Shown: one piece after another, positions 54,201 to 64,000 of the stretch
Position numbering within the stretch: the stretch's first letter is position 1
Layout of the letters: the number at the start of each line of letters is the position of its first letter
NCBI GenBank assembly: GCA_002269645.1
Contig: NIVC01000376.1
Location: 62,001 to 126,000 of the forward strand
DNA: 64,000 nt
Direction: 5' to 3'
From: Macrostomum lignano
Taxonomy: Eukaryota
Notes under the pieces: model-generated
Database searches by the model: none
Told to the model about the DNA's origin: nothing
What the model saw: only the letters and a program-made list of their open reading frames with translations
Position numbers and translations under genes: made by a program

Positions 54201-55590
54201 TTTAATGTTTGATATGGTGGCTCCTTAATGTTCCACATGGTGGCTCTTTAATGTTGGACATGGAGTCATATATGCTTGACATGGTGGCTCTTCTATGTTT
54301 GATATGGTGGCTCTTTAATGTTCGACATGGTGGCTCTTTTATGTTTGACATGGTGGCTCTTTAATGTTCAACATGGTGGCTCTAATGTTTGACATGGTGG
54401 CTCTTTTATGTTTAACATGGTGGCTCTTTTATGTTTGACATGGTGGATCTTTAATGTTTGACATGGAGTAATGTATATGCTTGACGTGGTGGTTCTTTTA
54501 TGGTTGACATGGTGGCTTTTTTATGTTTGACATGGCGGCTCTTTTATGTTTGGCATGGTGGCTCTTTGATGTTCGACATGGTGGCTCAATAATGTTCGAC
54601 ATGGTGGCTCTTTAATGTTTGACATGGTAGTTCTTTTATGTTTGATATGGTGGCTCTTTTATGTTTGGCATGGTGGCTCTTTAATGTCTGACATGGTGGC
54701 TCAATAATGTTCGACATGGTGGCTCTTTTATGTTTGACATGCTGGCTCTTTAATGTTTGACATGGTGGCTCTTTAATGTTTGGCATGGTGGCTCTTTAAT
54801 GTTTGACATGGTGGCTCTTTTATGTTTGACATGGAGTAATGTATATGCTTGACGTGGTGGTTCTTTTATGGTTGACATGGTGGCTCTTTTATGTTCGACA
54901 TGGTGGCTCTTTTTTGTTTGGCATGGTGGCTCTTTAATGTTTGGCATGGTGGCTCTTTAATGTTTGACATGGTGGCTCTTTAATATTTGACATGGTGGCC
55001 CTTTTATGTTCGACATGGTGGCTCTTTAATGTTTGACATGGTGGCTCTTTACTTTTCGAAATGGTGGCTCTGTTTTATGTTTGACATGGTGGCTCTTTAA
55101 TGTTTGACATGGTGGCTCTTTAATGTTCGACATGGTGGCTCTTTAATGTTTTTTTTTGTGTCTGTTTTATGTTTGACATGTTGGCTCTTTAATGTTCGAC
55201 ATGGTGGCTCTTTAATGTTTGACATGGTAGTTCTTTTATGTTTGATATGGTGGCTCTTTTATGTTCGACATGGTGGCTCTTTTATGTTCGACATGGTGGC
55301 TCTTTAATGTTCGACATGGTGGCTTTTTAAGGTTTGAAATGGTGGCTCTTTTGTGTTTGACATTGTGGCTCTTTAATGTTTGACATGGTGGCTTTCTATG
55401 TTTGACATGGTAGCACTTTAATCTTCGACATGGTGGCTCTTTAATTTTTGACATTGTGGCTCTTTAATGTTTGATATGGTGGTTCTTTTATGTTTGACAT
55501 GGTGGCTCTTTAATGTTCGACATGGTGTCTGTTTTATGTTTGACATGGTGGCTCTTGTATGTTTGACATTGCGCTTCTTTTATGTTTAGC
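51280..55590. repeat. ~4.3-kb 23-bp satellite (GACATGGTGGCTCTTTAATGTTT) with a 1262-bp internal tandem duplication
   Basis: Direct reading; the ORF track shows four ORF pairs offset by exactly 1262 bp. Confidence 0.97.
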
Positions 55591-57029
55591 AGTTTTTTGT
55601 TTTTAAGGTGTTTTAATAAAAAAATCATTTTGCGCTACCAAGATTCGAACCCAGGTCGCTACATTAGCAGTCCAGTCTGTTCGCATCTAGGCTATCTTTT
55701 TTCAATTGGAGCACATGAATTGTGGCCCTTATAATTCAATTCTTACAGCAAGTCGGTTAGAGTAAAATTTTATGACATAATGAATTTCTCAGTCAGCCAG
55801 TATCAGTCTTAATTTAAGTTAGCAATATTGTTACGCAATTTTAATCAAGTCTTGTGTGCGTTTCTGTGGCACTGTTTTCACCTTGTTGTGATGCAATCTT
55901 TATCACAATTGAAATTCATCCAGTCAGTTTTTTCTCTAGCATTCTTACAATGCATTTCAAGTCGAAAATTTTGCTTGACCTTTGCAAAAAAGCATGTTTT
56001 TCGAATATTTAATCCCTTTAAAATTGAGCAATTTCTTAGCCAAGATGCATGTACCGTCCCAGGAAATTTTCTGATCGAATGGTGCAAGTTTGAAGAAAAT
56101 CGGTTGAGCCATTTTTTCCGAAATCTATCGCATACCTACCCACATACAGACAACTCATTTTTAGTATATAGGATTGTCTGTTATATTTTATGCAAATATT
56201 TAATCAATTAACGACATTAAAAATATTAAATGACAACACAGACAACAAAAGTCTTAGTTGAACCGTATTGGGCCTTGCGCATGACTGTTTTAAATTACAT
56301 TGGCCATTTCTGCCTTTAAGCCTCAATAATCCACAAAGTATTTACAGAATACTAAAGAACTAAAAGCAGAAATATGCGCGCATCACGCTACTGACATTTC
56401 CGTAAAATAGTAGGCTAGTTAAGCAAATTAGTTCACAAAAGAAACATCATTCAATAAAAGTTTGCAATCTAAAAAATTAGTTGATAGAAGATAGAGTGCC
56501 GGACGCTTGCAACACTGTTAATAAAGCAATTTTAAGGATTTTAGCGCTACTACTAAACACCCAAAGTTACTGTATGTGGGATGGATAAAAAGATAAAGAA
56601 GGATAAAGAAGGATAGAAATAGGGAAAATAACGTATTTATATTTAACCTTAATGATTCTAGGGTGGTATAGTCGTATCTGAGGCGTGATAGAGTCACTAA
56701 ATTTGTAGAAGTTTAAGCGCTAGAGTCTATATGAGTTATTTGCATTGACTTCTTATCGCCTCTTGTCACAGTAAAGTTTTCAACGGGCTAACTACTTTAG
56801 GTAGAAGGCACAGATACTAGAATTAGAATAACTAGATGGCCACTCAGGCATATATACTTAGGAAAACAGCTTTCTACTTTCAGTTCAGTAGCAATGAAGA
56901 ATACATAAGCTATTATATACGTTTTGATAAGTTTGATAAGTAAGCTTTGATAAGTTTAGAAGCCCACCAAGCTTGCAGGCGTAAACAGCTTTTTTTTTAG
57001 AGGCAGGGGGGGGGGGTTGTGTGCACCCT

Positions 57030-57170
57030 GGCGCACTTTAAGCGACATAGGCACACAACCGGCAAGAGGCATTACTGCCCATTCCGCCGACTCCCCTGAG
57101 CAGGCATACAAGCGCGCGGATACGTACGCAGGCACACACTCACACAGGAGTGTACAGCGGCCCTAACTTT
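57030..57170 (+). repeat. Unclassified dispersed repeat (homologue of 15925-16035)
   Basis: See 15925-16035. Confidence 0.75.
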
Positions 57171-57406
57171 ATAGCTTGGGGGGTTTTAGCTTGGGGGGTA
57201 AGAGCCAATAAAGGCTTGACTTTAAAAATATATTAAAATGCTTCAATTTATCTTACTACTGAACTGAAAGTAGCTTGCACGCACATGTGCTGAGTGGCCC
57301 ATTTATTCAATAGTTATTCTAGTATCTGTGGTAAAAGGCGAATAAATAGCCGAAAAAACAATAATTGATCAGCATAAAGTTCCAACTTTACAATTCCTGC
57401 ACTGCT

Positions 57407-57700
57407 TCAGAGTTTCTCTACAGCCTTGGTGAAAGCCTCCACTTCTTTGAGCACAACCTTGGCCAGTTCGTCTTCGCTTGGTTTCGGATGCTTCTTAATA
57501 TAATCAACAATGTTGAGCACAACTTTCTGCCTCAGAGCGGCCAGCTCAGCCTGTCCAGACACCTGATTATACAGGTGTTGGCCAATAGACAGGCCAGTGA
57601 GCAGTTTGTACATCTGGAGACTCTCAGGCTTGCCTTCTAAAGCGCCTAGCAGGGCCAGTTCGCGCCAAATGTCAGGGGCATTGCTGTCGCTTGAAGACAT
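57407..57700 (-). CDS. Single-exon 97-aa helical protein of unknown family
   Basis: Non-repetitive, protein-like ORF (MSSSDSNAPDIWRELALLGALEGK...KEVEAFTKAVEKL); upstream acceptor with branch point CTAACAG at 57742-57748. Confidence 0.65.
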   Translation of the reverse strand: MSSSDSNAPDIWRELALLGALEGKPESLQMYKLLTGLSIGQHLYNQVSGQAELAALRQKVVLNIVDYIKKHPKPSEDELAKVVLKEVEAFTKAVEKL

Positions 57701-59699
57701 GTTCAATAAAATTGATTGATTGATTTTTACTAGTGCTGAACCTGTTAGACTGACTGAAATGAGATTTTGTGATGCCAGTAGGAAATCTATGTGCTAAAGT
57801 AACACCCACAACTTCAATCAGTAAAAGACAAATAATTTCAGCAAATATATTTTGATTAACTTCTTTTAATACAATTTTTGCATTTTTTCTTCAAAAAATA
57901 AAAATGTCTAAATTAACAAAATTGGAATAAAAAACCATCATTTACAGATAAATTTTTGATAAATAGAAGCTGTTGCTACAGCTATACTTGAAGTAAAAAA
58001 TTATCTTAAATCAGAGTCCATTTCAATATTTTAGACAATACTTAGACTTGGCCAGTCATTCTCTGCCATTCCAGCATCCACTTATTATGGCTTGTCCTTA
58101 AATCCAGATTTCTTTCATTTACTAGGCTGCTAGTCACAGCCACTCTATACCATTCTGGTTTGTTATGAGTTTATGCATCATTCTATTCCTTCTAAGTATC
58201 TTGTCTTAACTTTAATTAGTCTGTTTTTGGCTTTTTGGGCTAGAGGCTAATTCAAATCCACTACACCATCTTCTTTAAGTGGGTTTTATAGCTTTCCTTA
58301 TCATCTCGCCTAGTCCGAATGCACATAATTAAACAGTTTGCCTATTGCCAGTGCCAGTATACATGTCAGTGTTTATGTCTTTTCTCCCTTGTTATTGATC
58401 ACATAAGACACTATGCACTCTATAGAATCACTTAAATTACTGTTTGCTATGAAGTTTATGAATGGAATATTTTGCCCAAGTCACATTCAAAACAAAGTAA
58501 TGATTCAGCAGAGAATCATTATCATATTAAGGAAATAGACCAACCAGATCAATGTGCTAACTGGGCCATATGTGGCATTTCAATCAGCAATGAACACTAT
58601 ATAAGCACCTTGCAGTACCAAGAAATAATCTCATTTTGTTTCATTGAGTGGCATTGAGAATCTCATTAGGCTGCTAACAGCCCTAGTCATTTCGGTTTTT
58701 GCATATTCACTAGTTTCATGGTTTGTTCAATGCAACAAGTTTTGGTAGGTTTTAATTTTCATATTGGATTATGTCAACCCATTTTTTTTCCATTTTTGTT
58801 TAAAGTACACACAAAGCAATGCAAATGTACTACAAATTGTCTAGCACCAGAACATGCTAATGGACTTTTAGCAGACTTCCCATTGAAAATATATCTGCAA
58901 ATCATTGCATATTATCTAAAAAATTAACCATTTCTCTTTTTTTACTTATAATGATTAGCCAAAAATATAACCACGATAGTTGTTATTGCTTTTATAAAGG
59001 ACAAACAGATTTTTTATTTACTCTTAATTTTGGTCAAATAGTGCATTCTTGAGAAAATGTTTTTTTATTTGTTTTGCCTTGTTTTTATGTCAGTTTGGTG
59101 TGGAATTGGAAGGGGTATTGTAAGAAAAAGACTGATAAGTAGCTTAAGAAGATGGGTATACCAATCAAGTCTAGGAAGCTAGCTTCAGTCAAAGTACTTA
59201 GAGGCTCAGTCTGGTGTGCAGAGATATGTCATTGTAGAATGGGGATTAAATTTGCATGGGTCAAAGCATGCAATTAGGAGTAAGGTTGAAGTGTTAATAG
59301 TAGCCTTGGCATGTGATAATATCTAAGGCAAACCTCAGGCATCCACTTGGCAGTCTTGGACTCCTGGCTAGTCACCATATATTATGATGCTGCCCCATAT
59401 AAAGGGTTGGCTGACTAAACTACCTAGATAGGGGCTTATTCTAGTTTTCTAGCAGTTTCCACACCATAAAATGAGCAAGAGATTTTAATATCTGCTTCAA
59501 GAGATATGGATAATTAAGTAGAGAAAGGTCAGTCATAGACTTACACAAGCTAAAATTTAAACTAAAAATAGCATTTAGCTTAAATTTTTATCGATTTTTC
59601 TTGCATGCATAAACTGTCTATGGCCAAATTCGATGCAGTAAATGAGAGGGGCTGCCTCAGAAAACTAGGGCCTAGGCCTAGCTCATGCGTGGGCACAAC

Positions 59700-59855
59700 C
59701 TAGGGATTTACCCGGCTGTTTCTATTGACAACACACACATGTAAGTTGCTATTGGACGGAATAGTAGTCACGTGACTGCTCTTAGCCAATAGCAACTTAC
59801 ATGTGTATGTTGCCAATAGAAATGGCTGAGTGATTCCCAAGGTTGCGCATGTGTG
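59700..59855. mobile_element. Palindromic MITE-like element centred on GTCACGTGAC
   Basis: Arms 59719-59755 and 59786-59822 are near-perfect reverse complements. Confidence 0.7.
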
Positions 59856-60708
59856 TATTAGCTGTGATTGGGGTGGGATATGACCTAGCTTCAAGTCTCA
59901 GAGAAGACACATTTTGTTAGTGAAATTAGATTAGTAAAACAAAAAACACTTCCCTTTATAGCAGGTATTACTACCTACAGGTCTAATTTATTTTATCTAA
60001 TTTCTAATTTCTGGCACAAAAAGCAGAATATTTTTTTAAATTTCAACTAAGCAAAGACATCACAGGCATAGCACAGGTTGTAGATAAGATAAGCTACGTT
60101 TTTAGTGAAGAAATTAAAAAGTTTTTTTACTGTATAGACAATGCGTTACCCTACCCTGATTATCAACAGTGATGATTGCTATAGGCATAGTAGCAAAACT
60201 CTTTTGGTTCAAAGCTTTTCATATTGTCTGTTCCATTTTCAGAATTGGTTCCAGAACTGCGTTCTGGTTCTAGAATTTGGATCAAGAAATTTTCTTGATC
60301 CATTGTCATGTTTACACTTTAACAGTAAAATATATTAGAAATTGTCAATTTTTTATTATTGGTATATAAATCAGGGCTTTTAATTTTTATGCAAATAGGG
60401 TATAATTTACACCCTGAAATCTGGATTTGCACTCAACTTTTCTGGCACTGGATGCAACTTGTGCATCTGCATTTTTTAAAATCAAGATGCATGCAAGTCA
60501 TTTTTTAGCAAACAAACAAAACATCAAGCATAAATATATTGTTTCAATACTTTTTTGAATCTTCATTGAATACTTTCCCTAAATTTAGACCTAGATGCAA
60601 GTTGCATTCTGGTTTTCATATTTGCATCCATTTTTTAAGCTTGAGATGCAAGCTTGCATCTACATTTTTGGCAGAAAAAACCCCAGAATAAAATTTCTCC
60701 ATTTTTTG

Positions 60709-61170
60709 ACGTATGCAACTTTGGTTCCGCGTGGTAAAAACCGCATCAAATACCGCATTGATATATGTGTTGCCAACCGACGGCAGTAGGCTAGACTAGG
60801 AAAAAGCTTAAAAAATCTCTTGTCTAGCCTGGAAAAAGCTCATCTGTTTTTAAAGATTATTAATTCAATGCAGTCACCCTGTGTTGCACATTTCAATGCG
60901 GAATTCAATGCATTGAATAGGCTTAAGAACTCAAGTTGAGTTTAGTGCGGAAAATCCTGCATTGAATTCCGCATTGAATAGGCCCAAGAATATTAATTAT
61001 CAATAAAGAAATGAAAATAGATATAGTTAAGTTTGTTTAGAATGTATTCATTAACGCTCGATTAGTTTTTCGCGGAAAATTCCGCATTGAATTCCGCATT
61101 GAAATGTGCAACACATATCAACGCGGTATTTGACGCGGTTTTTATCGCGCGGAACCAAAGTCGCATACGT
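60709..61170. mobile_element. MITE with long TIRs, carrying a nested 106-bp insertion
   Basis: ACGTATGCAACTTTGGTTCCGCG...TGTGTTGC mirrors GCAACACA...CGCGGAACCAAAGTCGCATACGT; flanks ATTTTTTG / GTTTTTTG (7/8 match). Confidence 0.75.
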
Positions 61171-61698
61171 GTTTTTTGTCATATCCAAAGGAAAACAAAT
61201 TCAAGGAAAGAGAAAATTAAACTGTAAAGACTGACAAACATAAAATGAGTTCGAAGCTTTTCATTTTCCTACCGATTCTGGTTCTGGAATCGATATTATT
61301 CTGGTTCTAGAATAGCCTACAGAAGCCTACATAAGTTTCGAAAACGAAGTCGTTTTCAAAGAAAATCTATTATTGAACGAAATAAAAAATACGTAATAAA
61401 ACACTTTACTAAGCTAAAAAAAAATAAAAACAGATTTTTTAAAAACAAGTCGTTAAAAACTTGTTTGATTAAGTAAGTGGGACTTTTAAAAATATAAAAT
61501 TTGTTTAACGTTAATCAATCGTAAATGATAAATTAAAAAGACACGTGATTGTTCAAATTATGGTCGTTGTAGAAAAGTAATTGTCAACTTAAGGAGAATT
61601 TCAACTTGCTTACAATACAAATTCATAAGCACTTCGTCGATATTTTAATTCTTGACATTGTTATCTCGTTGAGAATAACCCTGTGAATTATTTACGTA

Positions 61699-61741
61699 AT
61701 GAGTGACGTCGAAGAAATGAAGGCGGGACATCCTCCAGCTG
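61699..61741 (+). CDS. DAP: Death-associated protein 1 (DAP1), first coding micro-exon; the remainder is probably beyond the window
   Basis: MSDVEEMKAGHPPA + G|GTAAGA (phase 1). KAGHPPA is the conserved DAP N-terminal motif (KAGHPPAVKAGG). Confidence 0.75.
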
Positions 61742-64000
61742 GTAAGACGCAACGGCAGTACTTAAAGCCTAATTAGGCTAAGTATTAATGCTAGACTAGG
61801 CTTATGCCGCCTATCGAAGTGACCTTCATAGTGCACAACTGGTATAATAGGCATCTATAAAACTAAAATTCACTCGCTATGTCTTATAGACCTATAAATT
61901 GACCTAAAGGCTAAAGCATGTTTAATAAATTATTAAGGTTGCCATAGGCCTAGTCCATTTTTTTACAGTTACGCCAAAAATCTCTGGTGTAATTCGAGAC
62001 AAAAATTAGGCTTGGTGTAAATACTTGGCATAAGAATTAATAGAAAAATGGGATGCATGCAAATTCGGCAACAAACAAATTTGGCAACAGAAATTTAACA
62101 TAGACAAATTTGGGGGAAACAGTTTTCCCCATAGTGCAGCAGTTTTCGGCATTATGAAAATTTGGTCTTATAAAGTTTTGATCTTGTAAAGGGTAGTGCT
62201 TTTTGGCATTGTGAAATTTTGGTCTTATGAAAGCAACCCATTTTCCATGGTCAAGAAGGTGCACCGTGTGTGCCACAATAAATCTTTCATAATTTTTTTA
62301 ACTGTGTACTGTGTGCTAAAAATTTACGTATTTATGTAGGGCCTATATAATTTTACATGTTTTTTAATTTTTTGTTTTGAGTTTAAAAAAATAATAATTG
62401 TTATAATATTTTTAGGTAGGCCTACACATATAATGGTACTATATTTTAAAAACCTTTTTGTGCCATTTTAAATTGAAAAAAGCAAGTTTGTCATTGTGTT
62501 TCATCTTTTACATGTGAACTAAGAAGTTAATACAGTATAGACTGCACCAGGTAAGACACTCTGTGTATTGTATGTGCACACATAGTACACAATAAATTTT
62601 CTTCTGTGCCATTTGTGCCATGTGCGCCAAAAATCCCCTGTATACGCCGCATTTTTGCGTGAAATCTACTACCTTCCTGACTATGGCCTATTTTTATAGT
62701 TATAAATTATAGACTTAATATTAGTTTACCATAGTTATATACTGTCATAGAAAAATATTTTAAGACATCCAAGTTGATTTATTGTAGTTGGTGTTGCACA
62801 AAGTATATTTTTCATAATTGAATTGACATGGCCTTATAATTATATAAGCCATAACTACTTATTTTTGTATATATAATAAGGTAGACAATAATGTCATTAG
62901 TTTTTGCTTAAATTGTGACTATCACTTTAATTTTTTAGCTAGGCTGTAATCTCATTCTTAGTTTATCTCATTCTTATTTCAATACTAAATATTCACAGTT
63001 GGATTAAGAACTTAACTAGGAATATGCTTCAATTTTTCTAGTTAAAATGCATTAGACTTGTATTGGTATTCTATACGCATGTATACTAATGTATTTGTAT
63101 AGTTCAATGGGGTCCATTTATTTTACTCACTGCTTTTAATAAACCATTTACTAAGCAGTTGCTATGCCTAAATTATTTCTAGTATTTGAAGTATTAGCCT
63201 TATAGACCTCAGTATTTGGTGTGCTATATTGAAAAAGAGCTTGTTGATAAGCAAATAGAACTAAAATTTCCCTTGCTAAGCTTTATATTTTAGCATATAA
63301 TGACAGCTCTCTAAGTCCCTACTAGAATAAATTTTAAAAACTTGCAGACGCGCGCTTTAGAAAAAGAGTCAAATTTTTTTACCATGCTTTAGGATTTTTA
63401 GAAATCATTTTCTGTCAAAATCAAATTTCAGAAAAACAAAGTTTATTGTGACCAAAACTCACTTTTTTACTCTTGATTTACTGCTTATTCAAAACAAAAT
63501 ACATGTATCTATAGCACAAATTAGTTTTTTTAGCCACTCTTATAATCTTCCAAAATTTTGACTTCCAAATTTTTTTGTAATCAAAATTCACTCTTAAAAA
63601 TTCCAAATTTTGAAAAATCAAAATTGAAATTTTGGAACATCTCTAAGCATTATACAAAAAATTACAAGTGTGTAGGCCCCTTTCACAAAGGTATTAGACC
63701 CTCTTTCATGTATATTTATTTGCTAGAGCAGCAACCAGCAGAAATAGACAGCATACTATGCGCTACAAGTGCTGCGCGCCTGTGTGCACACTACACTAGA
63801 AAAATTTCAAAAGTGCATTGGACACCATCCACAGTTTTACAACTTTTTTCCTATAGGGCTCAAAGTCATTATTAGTCCAAATGACCTGACATAAATATAT
63901 AAAATACTGCTGTTTTAACTGTTTTAGTGTTTAGAGTAAAGGTAGATATGAGTGGAGTAGGTTGCAATATAGCTGCTAGTAGCCATCTCAAGCAGTTAGT

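Larger units (their letters stand above)
50741..56175 (+). mobile_element. Probable non-autonomous Helentron/HINE (pearl-like) element inflated by internal tandem arrays
   Basis: Starts ACTAGCAATCTTCGCCC; 3' part has GTGCAAGTTTGAAGAAAATCGGTTGAGCC and ends CATACAGACAACTCATTTTTAGTATATAGGAT, recalling HINE/Lep1-type ends (recalled similarity, not searched). Confidence 0.4.

Overview
Eukaryotic (metazoan) genomic DNA with spliceosomal introns, GC-rich exons, poly-Gln tracts and a very high density of unrelated micro- and minisatellites. The pattern suggests a repeat-rich flatworm such as Macrostomum, but this is inference only. Genes supported by the sequence: the last exon of an innexin (+); a two-exon somatomedin-B/Methuselah-like 7TM receptor (+); a fragmented CUB-CUB-PAN gene (-) largely missed by the ORF track and carrying in-frame stops; a six-exon group II PAK kinase (-) with a 1-nt frameshift; a two-exon PLAC8/cornifelin gene with a GC-AG intron (-); a four-exon PPEF/rdgC phosphatase (+); two single-exon orphan ORFs (-; 196 aa coiled-coil and 97 aa helical); and the first micro-exon of DAP1 (+). 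Mobile DNA: five copies of a tRNA-headed CORE-like SINE, a decayed Ngaro/DIRS element, a Gypsy RT remnant, three adjacent Tc1 derivatives sharing termini (two carry complementary transposase halves), several MITE-like elements and a probable HINE/pearl-type element swollen by a ~4.3-kb satellite. Most long ORFs in the track are artefacts of tandem repeats. No prokaryotic system or CRISPR array is present. All coordinates were read by eye.
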